A DNA stretch of 64,000 nucleotides from an uncultured Dehalococcoidia bacterium (GCA_913049785.1 CAJWXP010000007.1:7078-71077); one strand, 5' to 3'; shown: positions 19,147-29,534, numbered from the stretch's first letter. The notes: generated by a model from the letters alone, not told the origin. Program-made: numbers and translations.

Positions 19147-20436
19147 TCAGCCTTCAATGACTGTCTCAGATGCGCTCTTCGGCTGTTCTCTACCAAGGTT
19201 TCGAACAACTTTATCTCGGCCAAGCACGGAGAGGGCTATGACACAGGCAATTGTGCCGCCGATGGCCACGGCTGCGGACGCGCCGATACCGCTTGCCAGA
19301 GCCCCTACCTGCATCTGGCCCATAGGTTGTGCAAGAGTGTAGGTCATACCCCAGATGCCCATGACGCGACCACGGTACTCGTTCGGCACCTCTGAGTGGA
19401 GGATGCTCTGCCCGATAACGGTGAACATCTCGTTGCCCGCGGCGGACAACCACTCCATCGCCAGGAGTAGGGCGTACCAGGGGGACAGAGCGAAGACGAT
19501 GACCGATCCTCCAAATGCCAGTGCGCTTCCCAGCAGGATGCGACCTTTGCTCCGAGTACTGCCTATCGAGCCACCGACAATTGCGCCAGTCAACCCGCCG
19601 ATGCCTCCTGCAGCGAAGATGTAGCCAATGGCCGACCCCGATGCTTCTCCCATCAACTCTTTAGCGAACACTGGGACAAGGATGATGTGGGAGCCTGCGA
19701 AAAAGGCGTTCATCAGGCTTGTGCCGATGATGACCCTGAATATCCGGTTGTTGCGTACGTACTTGATGCCGTCTTTCAGGTTCTCAATCCCAGAAGCGCC
19801 CTGTGCTCGCTGTATCTCTTTGGGCCGTGTCCGGTACACCATGAAGCTGTAGAAGAAGGTGCCCACAGAGACCATGTACAACACCACGCCAGCGCCCTGC
19901 AACGGAATTCCCAGGTGGTCAATGAGCAGGCCCGCAAACACCGGGGCGAAGATGCGCGCTCCTGGATGGATGGCCGAGTTCAGCCCAACGGCGCTCGACA
20001 TATGTTGATGGTCGATCAAGCTGGGGAAGAAGGCCTGCCTCGACGCTTGCTGGAAGGACTGGACAGCTCCGATGCCGAACACGATAGCTAACACCTGCCA
20101 GACTACGATGTTCTCCGTAAATGTGAGCGTGGCAAAGAGGGCCCAGAGGAAACCGTTGATGGTGATGGTGATCATCAACAACCGTCGCTGGCTTACCTTG
20201 TCGGCCATGATGCCGCCGAGGAGGCCAAGGAACACCGCAGGTGCGGCGCGGGCCAGGCCCAGCAACCCGAGTGATAGCGCTGAACCTGTCAGGTCAAAAA
20301 TCAACCACGCCTGAACCGTGATGGCCATCTGCTGACCGATGACAGACGCGAAGTTCCCAGACCAGTACAGCCGGAAGTCCCGGTGCTGCAATGCCTGGGT
20401 GATGGCGAGTTTTTGGCCTATGTTGTTTATGATCAT
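19147..20436 (-). CDS. MFS transporter (MFS_3/EntS-like)
   Basis: 429 aa. RDFRLYWSGNFASVIGQQM N-terminus and about 12 TM segments. Confidence 0.7.
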   Translation of the reverse strand: MIINNIGQKLAITQALQHRDFRLYWSGNFASVIGQQMAITVQAWLIFDLTGSALSLGLLGLARAAPAVFLGLLGGIMADKVSQRRLLMITITINGFLWALFATLTFTENIVVWQVLAIVFGIGAVQSFQQASRQAFFPSLIDHQHMSSAVGLNSAIHPGARIFAPVFAGLLIDHLGIPLQGAGVVLYMVSVGTFFYSFMVYRTRPKEIQRAQGASGIENLKDGIKYVRNNRIFRVIIGTSLMNAFFAGSHIILVPVFAKELMGEASGSAIGYIFAAGGIGGLTGAIVGGSIGSTRSKGRILLGSALAFGGSVIVFALSPWYALLLAMEWLSAAGNEMFTVIGQSILHSEVPNEYRGRVMGIWGMTYTLAQPMGQMQVGALASGIGASAAVAIGGTIACVIALSVLGRDKVVRNLGREQPKSASETVIEG

Positions 20437-20555
20437 GGTAGGTACGGGTGTGCCTGATACAAGCCTTCTAGTGGAGTGAGAGCATCCTACGCCAATGGGG
20501 ATGTGTCCGTCTAGAAGCCCAAGGATTTGTTGAAGTTTCTGGCGCTGCGATGCAC

Positions 20556-20595
20556 GAAATCAATAGACCCCCTCATGAGGGGGTCTATTGATTTC
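20556..20595. terminator. Perfect 40-nt palindrome (20-bp stem) downstream of R1
   Basis: gaaatcaatagaccccctca followed by tgagggggtctattgatttc, which are exact reverse complements. Confidence 0.6.
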
Positions 20596-20639
20596 GCCAA
20601 CCGGGGTTACCAGCTGGCTCCTACCAAGCTACAGTCAAC

Positions 20640-21941
20640 CTAACTGCGCTCAGTTGCTATTACAGATGCTGTATTGATCACTGCCGGTACCGTGTCATTG
20701 AAAGAGATGCCACGATCCTGGAGCAGCGACACCGATCGCAACCGGTAATCAGAACCCTTTTCAGGAGTGAATGGGTCACCGCCCTCCATGATCTCTCTCG
20801 CACCTCTGAGATATATCCTTCGCAGGTTGATGATGGCGGAGTCCGATGTTCCCAGGTGCTCCTTGGTCCTATCACAGATGGCACCCATGCCTTCCTGGAT
20901 GCCCGCGTCCTGCACTGAGCCGTTTGCGATGCCCGTGAAGTTCACATTGCGTTGCATCTCACGGTCAATACCATAGTCGTTATCTTTATTGATGGTTGCC
21001 CGCAAGGTGCGGGGCTCCAGTTCAAGGTCGCTGGCGGGGTGGTTCTCGCCCTTGTTCAGAGGCCTGCTTGCGTTCCAGCTGTACGTGAACATCCAGCAGT
21101 TCTCGTCGTCTGCAGGAATCCATCCATGGCCGCTATACGTTAAGTCGTCGGGGTTACCGATGGAACCTGGAATGATCGTGAAGAATGGCATCATGAACGG
21201 GGTGATGCGCCAGTAGTATTCATCGTTCTCCGCGTCACGGTTTGCACCGTACACGAAGCCATAGTTGGTGTCCTGTACGACGAATCGAGGAGCGCTGTCA
21301 CCGATCATGGCGGTAGGCTGCATTGTCCCTCTCCGTACTGGACGCGCTTCCGGGTGGTCACGCTGATAGGGCGTCAGGCCGGAGTGAAGGAAGGAGACGT
21401 GGCTGGAATCGATCCCGCCTTCGATGCCCTGGACGTAGTTGTTCTCCTGAAGACGTCGCGATACCTTGCGGTGGCTGTCGGGCACCATGGCCCAACCCAC
21501 TTCCGGCAGGTCCGGCTGATGCTCCACGGGGCCCATGTACGCCCAAATGAAACCACCCCAGTCACGCGCCGGGTAAGACTTAATCTTAACCTTGTCCTTG
21601 AAGTTACTCTCGGAGGGCTCTGAAGGCATATCCACGCATTCGCCGTTCACGTCAAACTTCCAGCCGTGATAGACGCAGCGCAGTCCACACTCCTCATTGC
21701 GACCGAAGAACAAGCTGGCGCGGCGATGGGGGCAGTAGTTGTCCAGCAGGCCAACATCGCCGTTGGTGTCCCGGAACGCTACCAGTTCCTCATTAAGGAT
21801 CTTCACGCGCACCGGAGGGCTGTCTGGCTCTGCGATCTCGTCGGAACAGAGTGCCGGGATCCAGAATCTGCGCAGGTAGTCTCCCATAGGGGTACCGGGG
21901 CCTGTCCTGGTGATCATTTCATTATCGTTCTGGGTCAGCAT
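20640..21941 (-). CDS. Rieske [2Fe-2S] aromatic-ring-hydroxylating oxygenase, alpha-only phthalate-dioxygenase type (R1)
   Basis: 433 aa. Rieske motif CPHRRASLFFGRNEECGLRCVYHGWKF (CxH-x16-CxxH) and iron motif EGGIDSSHVSFLH. SD ggggagga. Confidence 0.9.
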   Translation of the reverse strand: MLTQNDNEMITRTGPGTPMGDYLRRFWIPALCSDEIAEPDSPPVRVKILNEELVAFRDTNGDVGLLDNYCPHRRASLFFGRNEECGLRCVYHGWKFDVNGECVDMPSEPSESNFKDKVKIKSYPARDWGGFIWAYMGPVEHQPDLPEVGWAMVPDSHRKVSRRLQENNYVQGIEGGIDSSHVSFLHSGLTPYQRDHPEARPVRRGTMQPTAMIGDSAPRFVVQDTNYGFVYGANRDAENDEYYWRITPFMMPFFTIIPGSIGNPDDLTYSGHGWIPADDENCWMFTYSWNASRPLNKGENHPASDLELEPRTLRATINKDNDYGIDREMQRNVNFTGIANGSVQDAGIQEGMGAICDRTKEHLGTSDSAIINLRRIYLRGAREIMEGGDPFTPEKGSDYRLRSVSLLQDRGISFNDTVPAVINTASVIATERS

Positions 21942-21965
21942 GTGTCCTCCCCATATTTGTTGATT

Positions 21966-22001
21966 CTCGTAGGCTGATAGCAGTCACTATCAGCCTACGA
22001 G
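21966..22001. terminator. Hairpin between S2 and R1
   Basis: CTCGTAGGCTGATAG-cagtca-CTATCAGCCTACGAG, a perfect 15-bp stem. Confidence 0.55.
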
Positions 22002-22006
22002 CGAGG

Positions 22007-23788
22007 TTACTTCTTGGCAACCTGGATGTTACCGAAGTGACTCCAAAGGCCGGAGACGTTGCCGGGCCATACCCAACTTTCCACGAACTCCGGGTTCAAG
22101 ACGATCTGCGGTGGGAGCCAGAAGAGGTTGATCGCTATATGAAGCGGGTGGGCGATGTCGCCTAGCTGCCGCAGCAGTGCGTCTTGCTCTGTTGCATCCA
22201 TCTTGCTCTGAAGATCCTTGATCAGGTCTTTAAGGAACAGAGGCTCAAACCCGCCGCCCCTGGGCGTGATATTGGCGTGGTGGACCCGCGTGCTCTGGAC
22301 ATCAAAGGAGGCGGTGGACGTCAGGCCTATCCAGTTCTTCAGCTTCAGCGCCCTGGACCGAGGTCGGTGGGCGGCCGAATCGGGGGCCTCGAGTTTCGGC
22401 TTGACGCCTATGTCCTGCAACATCCCCGCGATGGCCTCCATTGTGTCAGCCGCCGCGGCAAAGGAAGCCACGTTACTGACGTTAACGACGATTTCCAAGG
22501 GGTTGTTGGGACCGTAGCCAGCCTCTGCCAATAGTGTCCGAGCCGCCGCCGGGTCATAGCCGTATTCCTCTGGATAGGCGGCTTTCCATGCCGGGTTGAA
22601 AGCAGGGCTGGACTCGGGGATGGCCTGGATGATCATGTTCTGGCCCGCCCCGCGGAGGAATGCTTCGTTCAGCGCGTCCTTGTTGACCGCTTTGTTAAAG
22701 GCCTTCCGCACCTTTGCGTTTAGCCAGGGTGAGTCGCAGTGGACGTACCCACAGGGGGTGTTTTGCGCTTTATAGCTGCGGTCCGTTGAGTCGATGTAGC
22801 CTCCCTGGAACGCTCCGAAGATCCTCGCGCCCTGCTGGGTGCCCTGTGAAACGACCATTCCTTCATTGGAGGCCAACTCGGTGCTATCTGCCCCCAACTG
22901 GGTGATGTGGATCTCGTCCGTCAGAAGCCCTGCCAATCGGGTGGATTCCTCGTTCATCCACCGGATGGTCAGCTTGCTGAATTCCGGGTTATAGCGCCAG
23001 TGGTCGTAGTCCACTCGCTCGAACTGGATGTCCGTTTGCTGGTCACGGCTGACGAACTGCCAGGGAGAAGTGCCCGCCGTGGGCGCAGTGGTCATCATGG
23101 GCGGTCCTGAAGCCGCGTAGTCCGCAGCGCCCATGATCTCCATGCCACCGACCTGCGCGGAGAGCCTCCTCATCTGCTCTGCCAGTGGGCCTGGGAGCTG
23201 CCAGATGAACTCCAGGTCGCTGACCGCTTCGATGGTAACCGTCTTGTAGTTCCGTTGGTGGGTATGCGACGAGTCCTCGGCGCCAAACTCGCCTACGGTG
23301 AGGGCCACGTCTCTGTAGGAGAGCTCTGAGCCGTCATGGAAGCGAACTCCGTCCCGCAGCTTGATGCGTATATCAGAACCGTTCGGCTCCACGGACCACT
23401 CCGTGGCCAGCTGCGGTATCAATGCCCCAGTATTGGGATCCGTACCAATCAAGTACTCGTACATGGGTACCAATTGGATCTGCGACTGCGGAGACAGCCC
23501 TCTGCCGACGTTGTTAGACAGCAGCGAGGGTAACTGCGCCCCAATGATGACCTTATCCGTCACCGGAGTCATTGCTGCTGGCATCGCTGCGGCAGCTGCT
23601 GTTGGTGCAGGCACCGCTGCTACTGAAGTAGCTGCCGGTGCCGAAGGAGCCTGTGTGGCCGCTGCCGGTGCGCCTACGTTGGTATCGTCATCCTCATCCC
23701 CGTCGCTGGAACAGGCGGTTACCAACACCAACGCCATGACCAAAACCATTGGCCAGACTATGAACTTCAACGCTAGTCGATTTGGCAT
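22007..23788 (-). CDS. ABC transporter substrate-binding lipoprotein, family 5 (S2)
   Basis: Trimmed to ATG 23788 (MPNRLALKFIVWPMVLVMALVLVTACSS), with gggggaggaag SD. Linker: APAAATQAPSAPAATSVAAVPAPTAAAAAMPAA. 593 aa. Confidence 0.8.
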   Translation of the reverse strand: MPNRLALKFIVWPMVLVMALVLVTACSSDGDEDDDTNVGAPAAATQAPSAPAATSVAAVPAPTAAAAAMPAAMTPVTDKVIIGAQLPSLLSNNVGRGLSPQSQIQLVPMYEYLIGTDPNTGALIPQLATEWSVEPNGSDIRIKLRDGVRFHDGSELSYRDVALTVGEFGAEDSSHTHQRNYKTVTIEAVSDLEFIWQLPGPLAEQMRRLSAQVGGMEIMGAADYAASGPPMMTTAPTAGTSPWQFVSRDQQTDIQFERVDYDHWRYNPEFSKLTIRWMNEESTRLAGLLTDEIHITQLGADSTELASNEGMVVSQGTQQGARIFGAFQGGYIDSTDRSYKAQNTPCGYVHCDSPWLNAKVRKAFNKAVNKDALNEAFLRGAGQNMIIQAIPESSPAFNPAWKAAYPEEYGYDPAAARTLLAEAGYGPNNPLEIVVNVSNVASFAAAADTMEAIAGMLQDIGVKPKLEAPDSAAHRPRSRALKLKNWIGLTSTASFDVQSTRVHHANITPRGGGFEPLFLKDLIKDLQSKMDATEQDALLRQLGDIAHPLHIAINLFWLPPQIVLNPEFVESWVWPGNVSGLWSHFGNIQVAKK

Positions 23789-23858
23789 GTCTTCCTCCCC
23801 CTTGTTTTGTTCTATGAGCACCTCTGACCACTACCCTGAGAAAGCTGCTTAGATGTCC

Positions 23859-24047
23859 TTAAGTCCTAACACCTGCTCGCTTGCCTGCTTCCAGATAGGC
23901 TTCTCCCAGGGTCATGAACACCATTGACTTCTCGCCTTTGAACTGAATAGTGTACTGAAGCGGCTGATTCGACTCGTAAAGTTCGAATATCTCCGCATCC
24001 CCGTTGGGGCCAGATACGACTTCTACTTTGGTTGCTTCTACTGCCAT
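23859..24047 (-). CDS. Small hypothetical protein (62 aa)
   Basis: ATG 24047 is preceded by gaggagaagg. It lies between R2 and S2 on the same strand. I recognise no family for MAVEATKVEVVSGPNGDAEIFELYESNQPLQYTIQFKGEKSMVFMTLGEAYLEAGKRAGVRT. Confidence 0.45.
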   Translation of the reverse strand: MAVEATKVEVVSGPNGDAEIFELYESNQPLQYTIQFKGEKSMVFMTLGEAYLEAGKRAGVRT

Positions 24048-24139
24048 CGCGCCTTCTCCTCGGTTGTTCCAGGCTCCAGAATGACGTTGTCACCCTCCCC
24101 GAGGAGCCAGACGGTACACCAAGCCTGTATAACTTCTAG

Positions 24140-25471
24140 CTAACCAGCTGGTTGTTCTTCTTCTGAAAGGGCTCCCCATTGCAGATCTTGAGTCGCCTCG
24201 ATCCCGTTGATACCGTTGGGTAACAGCGTTGAAACCGAGCGCACTTTGTAGAGCTCAGGATCATCCACTGCAGGCGGTGGCGTTCCGTCTTCACGGAATG
24301 CCAGGGCATGCTTCACCAGCAACCGTCGCATCCGGATGATACCGGTGTCGGTTACCGCCAAGTGCTCCTGTTCACGCTTGTAGATCACGCCCATGCTCTC
24401 TGTCATGCCGTTGTCCTGACCACGGCCAGGGAGGCCGCTCCAGCCAAGACCACCGACTTTAGCGCGCTGGGCATCACGGTCTATCAAGTAGTCGTTCTCT
24501 CGGACGCCAGCAATCTTGAATCGGTCGTACCAGCCGGTTCCGTTGTATGACGCGTTCAAATGGAAGGAAGTAGGCAGGCCATCGACTATTTTCGGGCCGC
24601 CAAAGCCTGGCCGCGGGGGCTCAGAACTTGAACGGATGCTCACGTGCCATCGCATGCAGTTCTGATCATCCATGGGCACTACAGCGATGAAAGACTTCTC
24701 TCTGAAACTGGCAGGGATCATTGCATAGAAGGGGAAGAGGAAGTGGGCGATGCGCCAGTAGGTGGAATCCTCTTCCGCCGGGCGGTTGTTGCCTGATGTG
24801 CAGCCGAACTCCGTGTCTGTAACGAAGTGCCGCGCCCAACGGGTCTTCAGTGCATAGCGCTCAAACGTTACGTCTGTTGCTTCGTCAATCTCTTCAGGTT
24901 GGCGGGCACCCGCGTGGAGCCAACTGACGTGGCTTGTATCGTAGTCTCCTTCTAAGGACTGCATCCAGTTGCACTCAGAGTAGTACGCACTGATGGTGTA
25001 CTCCCCCTCAGGCTGCATGTTGGCTACCAGCGAGGGTAGTGGCGGCGGCTCGCTGCGGGCTCCCATATACACCCAAATGAGGCCACCCCGCTCCTGTACC
25101 TGATAGGTGACCGTCCTGACTTTCTCCAAGTACCTGCTCTCCGGCGGCTCTGAAGGCATATCGACGCAGTGACCGTCGGTGTCGAACTTCCAGCCGTGAT
25201 AGACGCATCGAAGACCTTCCTCTTCATTGCGGCCATAGAACAGCGAGGCACCACGATGGGGGCAGGAATTGCCGACGACGCCGATCTTTCCCGATGTCGC
25301 ACGAAAGGCGATCAGGTCTTCGCCAAGGAGTTTCAAACGTACGGGGTCACAGTCAGGCGCTGGCAACTCGTCTGATGTCATAGCTGGCATCCAGTACTCA
25401 CGCATCAGGTCACCCATGACGGTGCCAGGGCCAACTCGCGTTAAAATCTCGTTCTCTTCTTTGCTCAGCAT
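24140..25471 (-). CDS. Rieske oxygenase alpha-only type (R2)
   Basis: 443 aa. CPHRGASLFYGRNEEEGLRCVYHGWKF and EGDYDTSHVSWLH. SD gaggagg. Confidence 0.9.
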   Translation of the reverse strand: MLSKEENEILTRVGPGTVMGDLMREYWMPAMTSDELPAPDCDPVRLKLLGEDLIAFRATSGKIGVVGNSCPHRGASLFYGRNEEEGLRCVYHGWKFDTDGHCVDMPSEPPESRYLEKVRTVTYQVQERGGLIWVYMGARSEPPPLPSLVANMQPEGEYTISAYYSECNWMQSLEGDYDTSHVSWLHAGARQPEEIDEATDVTFERYALKTRWARHFVTDTEFGCTSGNNRPAEEDSTYWRIAHFLFPFYAMIPASFREKSFIAVVPMDDQNCMRWHVSIRSSSEPPRPGFGGPKIVDGLPTSFHLNASYNGTGWYDRFKIAGVRENDYLIDRDAQRAKVGGLGWSGLPGRGQDNGMTESMGVIYKREQEHLAVTDTGIIRMRRLLVKHALAFREDGTPPPAVDDPELYKVRSVSTLLPNGINGIEATQDLQWGALSEEEQPAG

Positions 25472-25565
25472 CCCCTATTCCTCCTCAATTTCTCCGTCCA
25501 CCGAGAAATCCACGATTGATTCGCGGGCATATTGTATGAAGTTCCGCGTGGCGTCAACGCCTTGA

Positions 25566-26846
25566 TTACACTGCTGGGGAGTACCCTTCTCCTTCAAACA
25601 ACGCCTCATGTAAGGCGTCCTGCCACCTGACATTCTCAGGCAGCACACGTTCAATGGCGCGGATCCCGTAGTACGTGCCAGCTACGCCTGGAGGGCTCCC
25701 GCCGTCTTCAACGATCTTGGCAGCCTCCAGCAGCATGCGACGTGCAGAGATGATGGCTCGGTCTGTTGTGGCCAGGTGTTCATGGGACCTGTCGTACTGG
25801 ATGCCCATGGACTCCTGAATGGCCCTGTCCTGCAGGTTTGCGGCACTCTCAATGCCTGTGTAGGTCTTGGTTCGCTGCACTTCTCGGTCGATTCCGTAGT
25901 CATTGTCGCGGTTCCAGATGCATCGGAAGCCATTCTCCACATCGATGTACTTGTAGACCTCCGGGCCGTGCTTGGACCGTAGCTCATCGCTGAGGGGTTC
26001 CGGAGCCAGCGTGTACGTCCAGTTGTAGACCATGCAGTTGTCGTCATCCATAGGCACCCACATGTGTCCGGCCACCATCGGCGGTGAATCGCCTCGACCT
26101 ACGGTGTTCTGGTTTGGCCGTAGCTGGGTGAAGGGCATGACGTAGTGGTATGCGCGGACAAAGTTGCCGTCCAGGTCAGGCACAGGACGAACCGAACCGT
26201 AAGTGTAGCCATAGTCCGTAGGCTCAACTTCAATGTGGGCAACGGTTGCACGCTGTTCATAGCGAGCGGCGTTGGTGATGTCATTGTTATGAAGATAGGT
26301 AGCGTGGATGGAATCAATGCCACCCTCAAGTGCCTGGGACCAGTTGCCCTCCTGCTTCACTTTGGTGACGCCTCTGTGCGTGTCCGGCACCTGTGTCCAC
26401 TCGAACTTGGGTGGGGGAGGCTGCTTGTCCGGCGGCCCCATGTATGTCCAGATGACGCCGCCCATATCCAGGCACGGATATGAGGTTATTTTGACCTTGT
26501 CCTTGAAGTTGCTCTCAGCGGGCTCGCTGGGCATGTCGACACAGTTGCCGTTCACATCGAACTTCCAGCCGTGGTACACGCAGCGCAGTCCGCATTCCTC
26601 GTTCCGACCGAAGAACAGGCTGGCGCGACGGTGGGGGCAGTAGTTATCAACTAAGCCGATATTGCCATCGGTGTCCTTGAACGCGATGAGTTCCTCACCA
26701 ACTAGCTTGACGCGGACGGGCGTGCAGTCAGGCTCCTCCAACTCCCAGGAAAGCAATGCTGGCAGCCAGTAACGCCGCATCACCTCTCCCATAGGCGTTC
26801 CGGGCCCGGTGTGGACGATGATCTCGTTCTCTTCTCTGTTCAGCAT
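25566..26846 (-). CDS. Rieske oxygenase alpha-only type (R3)
   Basis: 426 aa. CPHRRASLFFGRNEECGLRCVYHGWKF and EGGIDSIHATYLH. Confidence 0.9.
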   Translation of the reverse strand: MLNREENEIIVHTGPGTPMGEVMRRYWLPALLSWELEEPDCTPVRVKLVGEELIAFKDTDGNIGLVDNYCPHRRASLFFGRNEECGLRCVYHGWKFDVNGNCVDMPSEPAESNFKDKVKITSYPCLDMGGVIWTYMGPPDKQPPPPKFEWTQVPDTHRGVTKVKQEGNWSQALEGGIDSIHATYLHNNDITNAARYEQRATVAHIEVEPTDYGYTYGSVRPVPDLDGNFVRAYHYVMPFTQLRPNQNTVGRGDSPPMVAGHMWVPMDDDNCMVYNWTYTLAPEPLSDELRSKHGPEVYKYIDVENGFRCIWNRDNDYGIDREVQRTKTYTGIESAANLQDRAIQESMGIQYDRSHEHLATTDRAIISARRMLLEAAKIVEDGGSPPGVAGTYYGIRAIERVLPENVRWQDALHEALFEGEGYSPAV

Positions 26847-26886
26847 TGAACTCCCCTTCCCCCACTTTTGCTAAAAGACGTTGTTG

Positions 26887-28146
26887 CTAGGCCGCTCCGA
26901 CAGCCACCTTCTCTGTGGTCTCCTCAAATGTGACCTTTTTATCCATCACATCGGCGACGGAACGGACGCGGTAGGCCGAGCCCTTCATGGGCACGAAGGG
27001 CTCTTTGCCCTCCAACAGGTCTCGACAGCCCTGTAGGTACATCCGACGCATGGCGATGACCGCCGAGTCCGATGTTCCCAGGTGTTCCTTGGTCCTGTCA
27101 CAGATGGTGCCCATACTCTCCTGGATGCCTGAGTCCTGCACGGAGATGGCCTCTATACCGGTAAAGGTCTTGGTGCGTTGCACTTCACGGTCTATGCCGT
27201 AGTCGTTGTCCTTGTTCATGACAGCGCGCATGGTGCGAGGCTCCTTCTCAAGGAAGCTGGCCCCGTGGCCCTCTCCCTCGTTCAGGGGCCTGCTGGTGTT
27301 CCAGCTATAGGTAAACATCCAGCAACTCTCATCATCGGCGGGCACCCAACCGTGACCGCTGTATGTGCGCTCGTCAGGGTTGCCTGAGCCGCCGGGGATC
27401 ACCGTGAAGAAAGGGAGCATGAAGGGGGTCAGACGCCAGTAGTAGGAGTCGTTCTCCGCTTCACGATTGGCTCCGTACACAAACCCATAGTCCGTGGTCT
27501 TCACAATGAAGTGGGGCGCGGTGTCTTTATTACTGAGGGAGTGGCCAGCGCGGGCAGGGTCGTCCCGTACAACCGGCGGAAGACCGAAGTGCAGGAAGGA
27601 GATGTGGCTGGAATCTATGCCACCCTCAATGCCCTGCACGAAGTTGTTCTCCTGCAACCGACGGGAGACTTTGCGATGGCTCTCTGGCACCATTGCCCAG
27701 CCGACCTCCGGGAGTTCCGGCATTGACTCTGCTGGTCCCATGTACGCCCAGATGTAGCCGCCCCAGTCTTCAGCCGGGTACGCCTTGATCTTCACTTTGT
27801 CCTTGAAGTTGCTCTCTGCGGGCTCGCTGGGCATGTCCACGCAATCGCCCTTGGTGTCAAACTTCCAGCCGTGGTAGACGCACCGCAGGCCGCATTCTTC
27901 GTTGCGACCAAAGAACAAGCTGGCGCGACGGTGTGGGCAGAAGTTATCGATAATACCAACGTCGCCGTTGGTGTCGCGGAAGGCGATGAGTTCCTCGTTG
28001 AGGATCTTGACCCGTACCGGCGGGCTGTCAGGTTCAGCGATCTCTTCAGACAGCAAGGCCGGCATCCAGAACCGCCGAAGATACTCACCCATCGGAGTGC
28101 CGGGGCCTGTCCTGGTGATCATCTCATTGTCTTGCGCGCTCAGCAT
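26887..28146 (-). CDS. Rieske oxygenase alpha-only type (R4)
   Basis: 419 aa. It has the same Rieske motif and EGGIDSSHISFLH. It is close to R1 and R10. Confidence 0.9.
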   Translation of the reverse strand: MLSAQDNEMITRTGPGTPMGEYLRRFWMPALLSEEIAEPDSPPVRVKILNEELIAFRDTNGDVGIIDNFCPHRRASLFFGRNEECGLRCVYHGWKFDTKGDCVDMPSEPAESNFKDKVKIKAYPAEDWGGYIWAYMGPAESMPELPEVGWAMVPESHRKVSRRLQENNFVQGIEGGIDSSHISFLHFGLPPVVRDDPARAGHSLSNKDTAPHFIVKTTDYGFVYGANREAENDSYYWRLTPFMLPFFTVIPGGSGNPDERTYSGHGWVPADDESCWMFTYSWNTSRPLNEGEGHGASFLEKEPRTMRAVMNKDNDYGIDREVQRTKTFTGIEAISVQDSGIQESMGTICDRTKEHLGTSDSAVIAMRRMYLQGCRDLLEGKEPFVPMKGSAYRVRSVADVMDKKVTFEETTEKVAVGAA

Positions 28147-28200
28147 GTATGCCCTTCCTGTGTGTCCATTTTGTGAAACGACGATGCGGGGCGTTAATAC

Positions 28201-29490
28201 CTACTCCATGATTGGCGAGTATTCGGCGCCCTCAAACAGCAGGTCTTTCATACCCTCCTGCCACGGGACATTAACGGGTAACACCCGCTGGATGGATCTG
28301 ACTTTGTAGTACGAGGGTCCGGTGCCTCTTGGGGTGCCGCCGTCACCAACGACGTTAGCAGCCTCTTGAAGCATGCGGCGTGTGGCGATGATCGCACGGT
28401 CCGTAGTCGCAAGGTGCTCTCGGGTACGGTCAACAATCGTCCCCATGGATTCCTGTATGCCACGGTCTTGGAGATTGGCGCCCACGCGAGCATCGGCAAG
28501 GATGCCAGTGAAGGTCTGAGTGCGCTGCACTTCTCGATCGATGCCGTAATCGTTGTCGGCGTTCCAGATGCATCGGAACCCGTTGTTGATATCGATGACC
28601 TCATAGGCCAGGTCAGAGTGCTTGGCCTTGTCTGCCTCCGTCAACGGCTCATCGCCCAGGGAATACACGAAGTTCCAGACGAAGTGGTGCTCATCGTCTA
28701 TGGGCACCCACATGTGTCCGGCTACCTTGGGGGATGAACTGCTCTCACGACGGTCGTCAGGGCGAAGCTGTGTGAAGGGCATGATGAACTGGTACGCCCG
28801 AACGAAGTTGCCCTCCTCCTTGGAGAGGTGTCTGACAGAGCCGTAGGCATAGCCGTAGTCGGTCGGCTCCACCTCAATACTGGGTGCAGCAGAGCGGGAT
28901 TCGAATCGGGAAGTGTTGGTGATGTCGTTGTTGTGGAGGTAGGAAGCGTGGACGGAATCAACGCCCCCCTCCAGGCCCTGCAGCCAGTTGCTCTCCTGAA
29001 GGACTTTGTTCACAGCCCGGTGGGTTTCCACTACCTGAGTCCACTCAAACAGTGGTGGTGGCGGCTGGTTCTCCAGCGTGCCCATGTACGTCCAGACCAC
29101 ACCGCCCATGTCCATACAGGGGTATGCAAGCACTTTGACTTTGTCCTTGAAGTTGCTTTCTGCGGGCTCGCTGGGCATGTCTACACAGTTGCCTTCAACG
29201 TCAAACTTCCAGCCGTGGTAAACGCAGCGCAGGCCGCATTCTTCGTTCCTGCCGAAGAACAGGCTTGCCCGACGATGGGGGCAGTAATTATCGATGAGGC
29301 CTATCTTGCCATCGGTGTCTTTGAAGGCGATAAGCTCCTCGCCCAGCAGCTTCACCCGAACCGGTGTGCCATCTGGTTCTGCTACTTCCCATGATAGGAG
29401 GGCCGGAATCCAGTATCGCCGCATCAACTCCCCCATAGGAGTGCCGGGTCCTGTTTGGGTGACATGCTGGTTATCCTGAGCGTTGAGCAA
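28201..29490 (-). CDS. Rieske oxygenase alpha-only type (R5)
   Basis: 429 aa. It starts at TTG (29490-29488), preceded by ggaggaag. It has the same Rieske motif and EGGVDSVHASYLH. It is close to R3. Confidence 0.88.
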   Translation of the reverse strand: MLNAQDNQHVTQTGPGTPMGELMRRYWIPALLSWEVAEPDGTPVRVKLLGEELIAFKDTDGKIGLIDNYCPHRRASLFFGRNEECGLRCVYHGWKFDVEGNCVDMPSEPAESNFKDKVKVLAYPCMDMGGVVWTYMGTLENQPPPPLFEWTQVVETHRAVNKVLQESNWLQGLEGGVDSVHASYLHNNDITNTSRFESRSAAPSIEVEPTDYGYAYGSVRHLSKEEGNFVRAYQFIMPFTQLRPDDRRESSSSPKVAGHMWVPIDDEHHFVWNFVYSLGDEPLTEADKAKHSDLAYEVIDINNGFRCIWNADNDYGIDREVQRTQTFTGILADARVGANLQDRGIQESMGTIVDRTREHLATTDRAIIATRRMLQEAANVVGDGGTPRGTGPSYYKVRSIQRVLPVNVPWQEGMKDLLFEGAEYSPIME

Positions 29491-29534
29491 AATCTTCCTC
29501 CATCATCTCTGCTAGGTTCTGGAGACTCAATACG

